Positions 1 to 9,758 of a stretch of DNA of 64,000 nt are shown here, one piece after another. Under the pieces are notes generated by a model, which was not told the origin of the DNA, did not search any database, and saw only the letters and a list, made by a program, of their open reading frames with translations. The DNA lies in NCBI GenBank assembly GCA_943787465.1, contig CALSMN010000006.1:205105-269104 (forward strand), written 5' to 3'. A program made the position numbers and the translations under genes. This stretch comes from an uncultured Bacteroidia bacterium (GTDB lineage Bacteria; Bacteroidota; Bacteroidia; NS11-12g; UBA9320). Positions within the stretch are counted from its first letter, which is position 1. The number at the start of each line of letters is the position of its first letter.

Positions 1-2
1 AT

Positions 3-866
3 GCAATCGGAAATAGAATAAAAGAAATCTCAAACACAAAATCTGTACTCTATGTGCCTTCAGAGCGATTCATCAATCAATATGTAGACAGTGCTAAAAA
101 TGGAAACTACAACGATTTTCTCCATTTTTACCAAATGATAGATGTGCTGATAGTTGACGACGTTCAGTTTTTAGCTAAAAAAGAGAAAACACAAGAAATA
201 TTTTTTCAAATTTTCAATTGTCTACACCAAAACGGGAAACAATTAATTCTTACTTCGGACAGAGCTCCAAAAGATTTGAAAGATGTAGATGAACGATTAT
301 TGTCTCGATTTAAATGGGGACTATCTGCCGATCTTCAAAATCCTGACTTTGATACACGCGTTTCAATCCTTGAACAAAAAATGTATCAAGACGGAATTAA
401 ATTTGCTCCAGAAGTCATTGAATATGTGGCTAATAAAGTGGATAATAACATTCGAGAATTAGAAGGAGCACTGATATCATTAATTGCTCAAGCATCACTC
501 AATAGAAAAGAAATTGATTTGGATATGACTAAGAAGATGATGAAGAACTTTGTAAAAAATTCATCTAGAGAAATTTCCATTGAATTTATTCAGAAACTCG
601 TTTCAGATTATTTCAGTGTTAGTGTAGATTTAATGAAATCAAAAACACGAAAACGTGAAATTGTACAAGCCAGACAAATTTCTATGTTCTTCGCTAAACA
701 ACTTACTCAGGCATCTTTAAAAAATATAGGCATGTATTTTGGCGGAAGAGATCACTCTACAGTCATTCATGCTTGCCAAACTGTAAATGATTTAATTGAT
801 ACTGATAAGAAATTCAAATCTGATGTTGATGAATTAACTAAACGGATTAAGATTAATACATATTAA
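3..866 (+). CDS. dnaA: Chromosomal replication initiator DnaA (5'-truncated by window edge)
   Basis: Frame is open from base 3 (AIGNRIKE..VLYVPSERF); Walker B LIVDDVQFL, RLLSRF, NIRELEGAL and domain IV GGRDHSTVIHA. Confidence 0.98.
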   Translation, partial: AIGNRIKEISNTKSVLYVPSERFINQYVDSAKNGNYNDFLHFYQMIDVLIVDDVQFLAKKEKTQEIFFQIFNCLHQNGKQLILTSDRAPKDLKDVDERLLSRFKWGLSADLQNPDFDTRVSILEQKMYQDGIKFAPEVIEYVANKVDNNIRELEGALISLIAQASLNRKEIDLDMTKKMMKNFVKNSSREISIEFIQKLVSDYFSVSVDLMKSKTRKREIVQARQISMFFAKQLTQASLKNIGMYFGGRDHSTVIHACQTVNDLIDTDKKFKSDVDELTKRIKINTY

Positions 867-868
867 AT

Positions 869-1252
869 TTAGTTTTTTGGCAAGGAATGAAGATGTATTT
901 TATTCCCCTCCGTGTCTTTAAATATTGCATAACTACCCAATATTTTAGAAATTCTTGTGAAAGGTTCAATGACGCTTCCCCCTTCTTTTTTGACACGATC
1001 AAGTATAATGCTAATATCTCTAGGACAGTTTAAATAAATTAATTCACTAGAACTAACCCCTTTACTATCAAATGAATCAACAATACCACATACTACGCCC
1101 TGACTTGATTCATAAGGAAAAAGACCTATACGTTTGCCATTTATTTCCTGAGTTTTAATATCGAATAGCCAAATGGCTGAATAAAATTTTCGTGCTCTTT
1201 CAAAATCTATGACAGGAATATCCAACATGCGTTCAACATATCTTACTTTCAT
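869..1252 (-). CDS. VOC/glyoxalase family protein (divergent)
   Basis: IPVIDFERARKFYSAI and AIFKDTEGNKIHLHS motifs typical of VOC family. Confidence 0.8.
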   Translation of the reverse strand: MKVRYVERMLDIPVIDFERARKFYSAIWLFDIKTQEINGKRIGLFPYESSQGVVCGIVDSFDSKGVSSSELIYLNCPRDISIILDRVKKEGGSVIEPFTRISKILGSYAIFKDTEGNKIHLHSLPKN

Positions 1253-1277
1253 TTTTTAATGTAAAGCTGCTACATTA

Positions 1278-1667
1278 TTAACTGATATAATCATATTCAA
1301 TCATATCTTGGAGTTCATATTCTTTCTCCATTAATTTATAGGAGACAATACTGATAACAAACGGTATAAACTTAGAAGTTAATAAATTGATTTTTGAGTG
1401 TTCTATTCCAATTTCATTCCAATCATGAATTAACTGAGATTGCAATGTATTTACAAAATGAATTTTATTCGGTGATTGATTCTGGTATGAAAAAAAATAA
1501 GATGCTTCAGAATAATCACGCAATAACTGATCACTACTCAAAGCACCCAATAAGTTTTGGGTGCTTTGGCAAACTTTTTTCGAATAACAAGAATCTATAC
1601 CAATATGATTTTCAACAAATTCGCATAAATCTATTTGATGATCTGCAATTAAAGTTTTAATTGTCAT
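1278..1667 (-). CDS. Hypothetical helical protein
   Basis: 129-aa ORF tightly packed between DUF2853 and VOC genes on the same strand; no clear motif. Confidence 0.55.
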   Translation of the reverse strand: MTIKTLIADHQIDLCEFVENHIGIDSCYSKKVCQSTQNLLGALSSDQLLRDYSEASYFFSYQNQSPNKIHFVNTLQSQLIHDWNEIGIEHSKINLLTSKFIPFVISIVSYKLMEKEYELQDMIEYDYIS

Positions 1668-1671
1668 GGTA

Positions 1672-2013
1672 CTAATTATAAATTGATGCTTTATTAAACT
1701 TTAGAGTCAACAGATAATAAACCATTGCTCTATACTTGTTACGATTAGATTTACCCATCTGATCCATAACATCTTGAATAGCTTCATCTAATTCTGGTCC
1801 ATCTTTCAGACCCAATTTTTTAATCAAAAAATTCTGCTTCACTGTTTCTAATTCCGATTTATCAGAACCTGAAACCTTACTTGAGTCCTGATTATATATC
1901 GATGGACCTAATCCTCTCGTTACTTTTTTCAATAACTCTACATCTACCTCAATCTTAATTGTGTTTTTAAATTCTGTAGTGTATTTCTCTAGTGCTTCTT
2001 CAAATTTGTTCAT
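1672..2013 (-). CDS. DUF2853 family protein
   Basis: LLKKVTRGLGPSIYNQDSSKVSGSD..ELETVKQNFLIKKLGL..RNKYRAMVYYLL signature. Confidence 0.9.
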   Translation of the reverse strand: MNKFEEALEKYTTEFKNTIKIEVDVELLKKVTRGLGPSIYNQDSSKVSGSDKSELETVKQNFLIKKLGLKDGPELDEAIQDVMDQMGKSNRNKYRAMVYYLLTLKFNKASIYN

Positions 2014-2068
2014 ATTTTTAATTATTTATTTAGATGCTACGAACTAAATCGAATAATATTCAAAAAAA

Positions 2069-2106
2069 TATGACCAATATCATATTTGGATATGATTTTT
2101 ATACAT
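2069..2106. promoter_or_regulatory. Tandem TATGA-N6-TCATA operator-like element (copy 1)
   Basis: TATGACCAATATCATA-TTTGGA-TATGATTTTTATACAT; closely similar copy at 34988-35025. Confidence 0.6.
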
Positions 2107-2235
2107 CAATAAATCCATAATCACCTTTACCTAATAATATTGCTGACTTTACTTGAAAGTATATAATTCAAAAGGCATAACATAAACTATGCATAATTAA
2201 AACTACCTTTGCACCTTTAAATTCAGAAAAGCGGT

Positions 2236-4044
2236 ATGCAAAAAATCAGAAACGTTGCTATTATAGCACACGTTGACCATGGAAAAACTACCTTGGTTGA
2301 TAAAATTCTAGAATCTTGTAAATTTTTTAAAGATCACCAAAAACCCGGAGAACTAGTGATGGATAATAATGATCTTGAGAAAGAAAGAGGCATCACCATT
2401 CTTTCAAAAAATGTTTCCGTACAATATAAAGAGACCAAGATTAATATCATAGACACCCCAGGGCACAGTGATTTTGGAGGTGAAGTTGAACGTGTGATGA
2501 ATATGGCAGATGGCGTACTGCTTTTGGTAGATGCTTTTGAAGGTCCAATGCCACAAACTCGCTTTGTTTTACAAAAAGCTCTTGAGGCTGGTTTAAAACC
2601 AGTTGTTGTTGTAAACAAAGTAGATAAAGAAAACTGTACTCCGGATGAAGTTCATGAAAAGGTTTTTGATCTCATGTTTGCATTAGATGCTAATGAGGAG
2701 CAATTAGACTTTGTGACTATCTATGGTAGTGCTAAAAATGGATGGATGAGTTTGGATTGGAAACAACCATCTGATAACATGTATGCTGTATTAGATGCTA
2801 TCATTGATCATGTACCTCCTCCAAATCAAGAAGAAGGAAATACACAAATGATGATTACATCCTTAGATTTCAGTAAGTATACTGGAAGAATTGCTATTGG
2901 TAAACTAAAAAGAGGTGAACTCTCATTAAATCAACATGTGTCCCTAGTAAAAAGAGATGGATCTATCACTAAAAGTAAAATAAAAGAACTTTTCGTCTAT
3001 GATGGATTAGCTAAAGAAAAAGTAGATGCTGTTTTAGCTGGTGAGATATGTGCTATCTCTGGTCTTGAAAGTTTTGAGATTGGTGATACCATATCCGATA
3101 TTGAAAACCCTGAAGCGCTTCCTGCCATTACCATTGACGAACCTACGATTAGTATGCTTTTCACCATCAATGATTCACCTTTCTTTGGAAAAGAAGGCAA
3201 ATATGTGACGAGCAGACACATTAAAGACAGACTAGAGCAGGAATTAGAAAGAAATCTTGCAATGAAGCTTCAAGAAACAGCAAGTGCTGATTCTTTTCTT
3301 GTATTTGGTCGTGGAGTTCTTCACTTAGCAGTTTTAATAGAAACTATGAGAAGAGAAGGCTATGAGTTGCAAATTGGACAACCTCGGGTTATTATTAAAG
3401 AAATAAATGGTAGTAAATGTGAACCCATTGAAGAACTTACAATTGATGTCCCTGACCACCATAGTGGTAAAGTGATTGAGTTTGTTTCCTTACGTAAAGG
3501 CAATATGCTTACGATGGAACCTAAAGGAGATGTTATGCACCTCGAATTTGAAATTCCTTCTCGTGGTATTATTGGACTTCGAAACACTTTACTAACAACA
3601 ACGCAAGGAGAAGCTATCATTTCTCACCGATTCAAAGAATTTCAAGAACATAAAGGCGATATACCTCAACGCATTAATGGTTCTTTAATTAGTATGGAAA
3701 AAGGGAATGCTATACCCTATTCCCTAAATAATTTACAAGAACGAGGTAAGTTTTTTGTAACCCCCAATCAGGAAATTTACGAAGGTCAAGTTGTTGGTGA
3801 GCATAGCAGACCAGGGGATGTAGTTGTGAATTTAACTAAAGCAAAAAAACAAAGCAATGTACGGTCCAGTGGTGCAGATGAAAAAATTAAGCTTATACCA
3901 CCACAAATTTTTTCGTTAGAAGAAGCTTTAGAATACATTCAAGCAGATGAGTATGTTGAAGTAACCCCAGAAAATATTCGTCTAAGAAAAATACATCTTA
4001 AAGAACATGAACGGAAAAGAGCTAAAAATACCGTTGCACTATAA
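2236..4044 (+). CDS. typA: Translational GTPase TypA/BipA
   Basis: AHVDHGKTT, EKERGITI, DTPGHSDFGGEVER, NKVD, GRGVLHL, SLEEALEYI..DEYVEVTP; TACCTTTG -7 box upstream. Confidence 0.98.
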   Translation: MQKIRNVAIIAHVDHGKTTLVDKILESCKFFKDHQKPGELVMDNNDLEKERGITILSKNVSVQYKETKINIIDTPGHSDFGGEVERVMNMADGVLLLVDAFEGPMPQTRFVLQKALEAGLKPVVVVNKVDKENCTPDEVHEKVFDLMFALDANEEQLDFVTIYGSAKNGWMSLDWKQPSDNMYAVLDAIIDHVPPPNQEEGNTQMMITSLDFSKYTGRIAIGKLKRGELSLNQHVSLVKRDGSITKSKIKELFVYDGLAKEKVDAVLAGEICAISGLESFEIGDTISDIENPEALPAITIDEPTISMLFTINDSPFFGKEGKYVTSRHIKDRLEQELERNLAMKLQETASADSFLVFGRGVLHLAVLIETMRREGYELQIGQPRVIIKEINGSKCEPIEELTIDVPDHHSGKVIEFVSLRKGNMLTMEPKGDVMHLEFEIPSRGIIGLRNTLLTTTQGEAIISHRFKEFQEHKGDIPQRINGSLISMEKGNAIPYSLNNLQERGKFFVTPNQEIYEGQVVGEHSRPGDVVVNLTKAKKQSNVRSSGADEKIKLIPPQIFSLEEALEYIQADEYVEVTPENIRLRKIHLKEHERKRAKNTVAL

Positions 4045-4087
4045 GTAGTATTTGCATCTATTATATGAGATAGTTTACCTTTGAACA

Positions 4088-4945
4088 GTGAGTAAATTAT
4101 TATTCTATATTTTAATAAAGCCCATTTCATATTTACCCTATCGCATACTATATGCTATATCAGACATACTATTCATTATAATCTTCTACATTATACCTTA
4201 TCGAAAGAAAGTAGTTATAAATAACTTATTTAATGCTTTCCCGAAAAAATCATCACAAGAAATAAATCAATTAGCTCGAAATTTCTATTGCCATTTGTGT
4301 GATTTAGTAGTAGAAAGTATAAAACTATTTAGTATTTCTGAAGCAGAAGCAATCAAGAGATTTAGATTCCTTAATCCTGAATTACTTCAAAAATATTACG
4401 ACCAAGGCAAAGATGTAATTCTTGTAGGTGGACATTATAATAATTGGGAATTGTTAGCTGTGGCTATAAATAATCTTGTTCCACATCAATGTGTTGGAAT
4501 TTACACTCCATTGAGTAATCCATTTTTTGAAAAAAAAATGAAATTATCTCGAAGTAAATATGGTTTAAAAATGATTACCAAAAGAGAAGTCCCTTCTTTT
4601 TTTGCAGAAAAACATAATGAACCTCAAGCGACTATTTTTGGAGCAGATCAGAGTCCAACTTACAGTAAAAAGGTATACTGGACCACTTTTCTAAATCAAG
4701 ATACTGCTGTAGCTTTGGGTACCGAAAGGTTTTCCAAAAAATATGACCTCCCGGTTATCTATTGTTCTATAAATAAAGATAAACGTGGATTTTATTCCTC
4801 TAAATTTACGTTAATTACCGAGACGCCAAAAACAACAAATGATGGAGAAATAACCCAAATGCATACTAGTGCATTAGAAAAACAAATTATTCAAAAACCC
4901 GAATTTTGGCTATGGACACACAAGCGATGGAAACGTAAACGATAA
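4088..4945 (+). CDS. Lipid A lauroyl/myristoyl acyltransferase family (LpxL/HtrB-like)
   Basis: GHYNNWE, ADQSP, FLNQDT, PEFWLWTHKRWK motifs; N-terminal TM helix. Confidence 0.9.
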   Translation: MSKLLFYILIKPISYLPYRILYAISDILFIIIFYIIPYRKKVVINNLFNAFPKKSSQEINQLARNFYCHLCDLVVESIKLFSISEAEAIKRFRFLNPELLQKYYDQGKDVILVGGHYNNWELLAVAINNLVPHQCVGIYTPLSNPFFEKKMKLSRSKYGLKMITKREVPSFFAEKHNEPQATIFGADQSPTYSKKVYWTTFLNQDTAVALGTERFSKKYDLPVIYCSINKDKRGFYSSKFTLITETPKTTNDGEITQMHTSALEKQIIQKPEFWLWTHKRWKRKR

Positions 4946-4951
4946 TTTCGT

Positions 4952-5470
4952 ATGAATTTAAACCATAACATAATAAAAGGAAAGGATGTTTTTATTGCTC
5001 CTAATGCTACAGTATTAGGTCATGTTTCCTTAGGTGATGAGGTCAGTATATGGTTTGGAGCAGTTTTAAGAGGAGACAGTGATGCCATCACTATAGGAGA
5101 TCAAACCAATATTCAAGACAATGCCGTTATTCATTGTGATCCTGGCCAACCTACCCAAATTGGGAAATCTTGCGTTATAGGTCATGGAGCTATTGTTCAT
5201 GGAGCCAAGTTAGAGAATCACGTTTTGGTGGGTATGAATGCTGTCATACTAAACAATGCAATTATTGGAGAATATTCAATTATAGGGGCAAATGCCTTAG
5301 TAACAGGAGACACTATTATTCCACCTAAATCGCTAGTCTTAGGATCACCTGCAAAAGTGGTCGGAAGTATTACGGACCAACAAATAGATAAAATCAGACA
5401 GAATGCTACCGAATATGTAGCTAAAAGTAAAGCATATATTAGCCATTATGCCAATGGTAGCAATGATTGA
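4952..5470 (+). CDS. Gamma-carbonic anhydrase family hexapeptide-repeat protein
   Basis: SIWFGAVLRGD, TNIQDNAVIH, IGHGAIVHGA with three His ligands. Confidence 0.93.
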   Translation: MNLNHNIIKGKDVFIAPNATVLGHVSLGDEVSIWFGAVLRGDSDAITIGDQTNIQDNAVIHCDPGQPTQIGKSCVIGHGAIVHGAKLENHVLVGMNAVILNNAIIGEYSIIGANALVTGDTIIPPKSLVLGSPAKVVGSITDQQIDKIRQNATEYVAKSKAYISHYANGSND

Positions 5471-5564
5471 TAAAATCAATTGGATTTATTTATAATACTA
5501 TTCAAAATCAAAATATACTTACCTAAAACTAGCCTTATCTTTGCACTAAATATAAATTAAAAAT

Positions 5565-6197
5565 ATGTCAGTACTCGTAGGAAGAAAAGCTCCCCATTTT
5601 AGTGCAGGAGCAGTAATTAACGGAGAAGAAATAGTCGAAAATTTTTCGTTAGATCAGTATGAAGGAAGTAATTATGTTATACTTTTCTTTTATCCAAAAG
5701 ATTTCACATTTGTATGTCCAACCGAATTGCATGCATTTCAAGCCAAACTTTCCGAATTTGAAGAACGTGGATGTAAAGTAATTGCTTGTTCAACAGATAC
5801 AGAAGAAAGTCACTGGGGATGGTTACAAGTTGCCAAAGATAATGGAGGTATCGAAGGAGTTACCTATCCAATTATTGCTGATACGTCCAAAACCATTTCA
5901 ACCAACTATGGTGTTCTAGCTGGCGAATACGATTACAATGAAAATAATGAGCTAATTGCTACTGGACCAATGGTTGCATATAGAGGTCTTTTCTTAATTG
6001 ATAAAAATGGCATGGTTCGCCATCAACTGGTAAATGATCTTCCCCTAGGACGAAATGTGGATGAAGCATTAAGAATCCTTGACGCTTTGATTCACTTGGA
6101 AACTAATGGAGAAGTTTGCCCAGCCAATTGGGAAAAAGGCAAGGAAGGCATGAATGCTACATTCGAAGGTGTTGCAGACTATCTAGCTAAAAATTAA
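5565..6197 (+). CDS. ahpC: Typical 2-Cys peroxiredoxin (AhpC/Tsa)
   Basis: FYPKDFTFVCPTE, GRNVDE, GEVCPANW. Confidence 0.95.
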   Translation: MSVLVGRKAPHFSAGAVINGEEIVENFSLDQYEGSNYVILFFYPKDFTFVCPTELHAFQAKLSEFEERGCKVIACSTDTEESHWGWLQVAKDNGGIEGVTYPIIADTSKTISTNYGVLAGEYDYNENNELIATGPMVAYRGLFLIDKNGMVRHQLVNDLPLGRNVDEALRILDALIHLETNGEVCPANWEKGKEGMNATFEGVADYLAKN

Positions 6198-6213
6198 CTT
6201 TATACATTTATAT

Positions 6214-6244
6214 AAAAAAAGCGGCTCATGGGCCGCTTTTTTTT
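6214..6244. terminator. Bidirectional intrinsic terminator
   Basis: A7-GCGGCT-CATG-GGCCGC-T8 between convergent genes. Confidence 0.9.
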
Positions 6245-6485
6245 ATGAAATACTCTTTCTGACTTTGACCGCATATTCTCGCAAAGCGGTCTTTATATCT
6301 GATTTATTTTCTGCTACATATTCTTGAACAAAAATAGCCGCTAAAACATGGGTTAATTGCTCACCTTCATCATCTCCCTCAATCTCAGTTGGCGTGGGTA
6401 GTTCGTTGTACAAGGCTTCTTCAGCAGCTCGAAGTTCATCCATAGATAAATGCTCCGCTATTTTTTTGATTACTCCAATTTTCAT
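6243..6485 (-). CDS. DUF6952-like small acidic protein
   Basis: EIEGDDEGEQLTHVLAA..ALREYAVKVRKSIS; 4-nt overlap with thioredoxin. Confidence 0.8.
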   Translation of the reverse strand: MKIGVIKKIAEHLSMDELRAAEEALYNELPTPTEIEGDDEGEQLTHVLAAIFVQEYVAENKSDIKTALREYAVKVRKSIS

Positions 6486-6799
6486 AAAATTGAATCTAAC
6501 ATTTCAACCAATTTTTCTTCTTTACTAGTTGCAACACCTTCTACTAAATTACCATCTTTAAAAACAGCAAAAAATGGAAGATTATCTACCCCACCTAACC
6601 TTCTAGCTACTGGATTTTCTTCAGCATTCACATCCAAAAAAGTAATATTTGCATACCGTTCGTCGTTGGATAAACGTTTGTATTTTGGCGAGAACAACTT
6701 ACAAGTACCACACCAATTGGCATAGTACTTAACTACAATTTTATCATGATTAACTAATTGATTATTGAAATCTTGATCTTTACTTTCTTCTACTGACAT
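6482..6799 (-). CDS. Thioredoxin family protein
   Basis: YYANWCGTCK active site, cis-Pro motif VDNLPFF. Confidence 0.92.
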   Translation of the reverse strand: MSVEESKDQDFNNQLVNHDKIVVKYYANWCGTCKLFSPKYKRLSNDERYANITFLDVNAEENPVARRLGGVDNLPFFAVFKDGNLVEGVATSKEEKLVEMLDSIL

Positions 6800-6899
6800 A
6801 ACGCAAATATATTCTTCAAAATTATAGATTGATTAAATTGAATTCTGATTATCCTATAGAAAAGTGTTATAGTCAAATGGATAAGTAAATTTGTTGTAA

Positions 6900-8498
6900 A
6901 TGAAACCATATTACATTCTTGTTTTATTTTTTATGGCTTGTTCTAAACCAAAACAAGCTTCTATTAATCGGTTTTCAGATGAGGCTTTAATTCAAATTTA
7001 TGAATTACAAGACCGAAGAGAAACAAAACAGCTATTTCCTTATCTCAAGGCAAAAAAAGAAGAACACAGGATTGCTGCAGCATTAGCATTTGCTAGCATT
7101 CAAGATACTACAGCCATACCATACTTGAATCAAATGCTTCAAATAGATCAGGATCCAATGCCCCGAAGAGCTGCTGCATTTGCCCTTGGTCAAATAGGAA
7201 AATCATCAGCATTGAATATCTTAAAGGCAGCATTTGATGGTGAATTATACAACCCTAACCGTAGATATATTCTCGAAGCTATCGGGAAATGTGGAGATTC
7301 TTCAACACTATCTGTATTTGAAAAAAATAATTATACAGATAGCGCTATTCGTCTAGGATGGATATATGGCGTTTTAAGAATGGGTCAAAAAGGATTTTAT
7401 TCAAAATCTATCAACAATCGAGTGATTCATATGCTCAACGACCCCTCTATGTCAGTAGCTCTAGTTGCAGGTGCTTTTACTCGTAAATTAATTACTACTA
7501 AACAATATAGCCCAGATATTGATTCATTAATTCAGAATTTAAGGTATCCCGAGCTTCAATTGCAATTTGATTATAAGCCAAAATCTGTTTTAATCGACTT
7601 TGACCATTCTTTTCTGGAGACATATGAAAAGTTGGACCCCTATGAAAAAGTGTCTAAAATACAGCAGTTGAATGCTGGTAATTTTCAGCAATTTCTCTTT
7701 TCCGAAATTCAATCTCGTAGCTCCCATGTAATGGTTAAAAATGAAGCATTTAGAAAATATTGTGATACCTATGCTGAAGATCGATGGAATATCATTAAGA
7801 AAATATTATCAGACTCTAATATGGCGCTTACTAGTCTAGCCAGTAATCAAATTGAAGACATATCTGAAGTAGACTCTATTGATCCTGATTTAAGAGATGA
7901 GCTATTCAAGCTATGCAATTATGCCATCAAAAAACTAGAGTTACCCAGGCAAGCTGAAACCTATATTGATTTAACTAAAGCTATTAATCATTTAGATCCT
8001 ACATCAAATTTATCTTTTTCGCCTCAATACAATCATCCCATTGATTGGACTTATGTTAAAATGATCCCAAACAATCAAAAAGTTGTCATAATTACAACCC
8101 AGGGAGAAATAACTCTAGAACTATTCGTAGATGATGCACCCGGAACCGTTTCTAATTTTTTAAAATTAGTGGATGCACAATTTTATAATAACAAATACTT
8201 TCATAGGGTTGTACCAAACTTTGTGATACAAGGAGGATGTCCACGTGGTGATGGTTGGGGAAGTTTGAATTGGAGTCAGCGTAGTGAATTTAGTAATTAT
8301 AAAACATATCAGACAGGTACTGTTGGTATAGCATCTTCGGGAAAAGACACTGAAGGTGTTCAATTTTTTATCACCCATTGCCCTACCCCTCATCTGGATG
8401 GAAGATACACCATCTTTGCCCAGGTTATTGATGGTTTAGAAATTATTCAAAAAATAACTATTGGTGATCAGATATTATCAGTTAGAAAATTACCCTAA
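6900..8498 (+). CDS. Lipoprotein with HEAT repeats and C-terminal cyclophilin-type PPIase
   Basis: Lipobox FMAC; HEAT-like RRAAAFALGQIG; FHRVVPNFVIQGG, QFFITH..PHLDGRYTIFAQV. Confidence 0.9.
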   Translation: MKPYYILVLFFMACSKPKQASINRFSDEALIQIYELQDRRETKQLFPYLKAKKEEHRIAAALAFASIQDTTAIPYLNQMLQIDQDPMPRRAAAFALGQIGKSSALNILKAAFDGELYNPNRRYILEAIGKCGDSSTLSVFEKNNYTDSAIRLGWIYGVLRMGQKGFYSKSINNRVIHMLNDPSMSVALVAGAFTRKLITTKQYSPDIDSLIQNLRYPELQLQFDYKPKSVLIDFDHSFLETYEKLDPYEKVSKIQQLNAGNFQQFLFSEIQSRSSHVMVKNEAFRKYCDTYAEDRWNIIKKILSDSNMALTSLASNQIEDISEVDSIDPDLRDELFKLCNYAIKKLELPRQAETYIDLTKAINHLDPTSNLSFSPQYNHPIDWTYVKMIPNNQKVVIITTQGEITLELFVDDAPGTVSNFLKLVDAQFYNNKYFHRVVPNFVIQGGCPRGDGWGSLNWSQRSEFSNYKTYQTGTVGIASSGKDTEGVQFFITHCPTPHLDGRYTIFAQVIDGLEIIQKITIGDQILSVRKLP

Positions 8499-8549
8499 TA
8501 TAAAAAGAAACTCAAAATCTAATTCGATACATAGGTGTTATACCATAGC

Positions 8550-9758
8550 ATGATATTCAAACTGGCATGGAGAAACATATTTAGGAATAAACGTCGAAGC
8601 TTAATTACTATTTCTTCTATCATTTTTGCCGTTATTTTTTCAGTATTAATGCGTTCGCTTCAACATGGAGCTTATGATAATATGCTAAAAAATATAGTTG
8701 GAAATTATCAGGGATATGTGCAAGTTCACTACAAAGGATTTTGGGACGAAAAAACCATCGATAATAGTTTTTACATTCATGATTTAGATACCCTTGAAAG
8801 AAACAAGTATATCCAATATATCAATCCCAGAATAGAGGGATATGCACTAGCTTCCTTTAAAAAAGAGTCTAAACCTGTTATCGTTTTAGGTATCGACTTA
8901 GCTAAGGAACGCCACACAATCCAATTACAAAACAAAGTAATCAAAGGGTCTTTCATTCAGGAAAATGAAGAAGGAATTATAATAGGAAAAGGGCTTCAAA
9001 AAATCATGAATCTTCAAATAAATGATTCCTTAGTTTTCCTAAGTCAAGGGTATCAGGGTTCTTTAGCCTCTGGAATATATCCAGTCGTTGGAATTATTGA
9101 TTTGAAGACACCCGAACTTAATAAACGAACGGTGATTATGAACTTGAATCAAACCCAAACATTTTTTGGATTAGAAAATATGGCAACCACTGCCGTTATT
9201 GGACCTGTAAATGGAGATTGGGAAAAGGCAGAATTTGAATTAAATCAGGTTTTAGATACACAAAATTTAGAGGTGATGAATTGGCAAGAAATGCTACCTG
9301 AACTAAAACAACTTATCACGGTCGATCGGGCAGGAGGAACATTTGTGCTAATTATTTTATATAGTATTCTCACCTTTAGTCTTTTTGGGACTGTATTGAT
9401 GTTGGCAGAGGAACGAAATTTTGAATTTGGTGTACTTATTGCATTGGGTATGGCTAAATCAAAAATTATTCAAACAACTATCCTCGAAACATTAATAATG
9501 GCACTTGTTGGAGTTCTATCTGGATTAATAATCACACTGCCAATAGTTATTTATTTTAACATTTTCCCAATCAATCTCAGTGGTCAGATGCAAGAAGTTG
9601 TAGAACAGTTTGGTTTTGAAGCTCTTTTACCTACTTCTCTTGATCCAAAAATAAGCCTTACTCAAGCCGCAATAGTATTTCTGATCGTATTGCTTGTAAA
9701 TTCCTACTCGATTATCAAAATTAGAAGAATTAATCCAACAAAAGCTATGCGATCATGA
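8550..9758 (+). CDS. ABC transporter permease (LolC/E/FtsX-like)
   Basis: LAWRNIFRNKRRS, ERNFEFGVLIALGM, 4-TM plus periplasmic domain; ATG at 8550 preferred. Confidence 0.9.
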   Translation: MIFKLAWRNIFRNKRRSLITISSIIFAVIFSVLMRSLQHGAYDNMLKNIVGNYQGYVQVHYKGFWDEKTIDNSFYIHDLDTLERNKYIQYINPRIEGYALASFKKESKPVIVLGIDLAKERHTIQLQNKVIKGSFIQENEEGIIIGKGLQKIMNLQINDSLVFLSQGYQGSLASGIYPVVGIIDLKTPELNKRTVIMNLNQTQTFFGLENMATTAVIGPVNGDWEKAEFELNQVLDTQNLEVMNWQEMLPELKQLITVDRAGGTFVLIILYSILTFSLFGTVLMLAEERNFEFGVLIALGMAKSKIIQTTILETLIMALVGVLSGLIITLPIVIYFNIFPINLSGQMQEVVEQFGFEALLPTSLDPKISLTQAAIVFLIVLLVNSYSIIKIRRINPTKAMRS

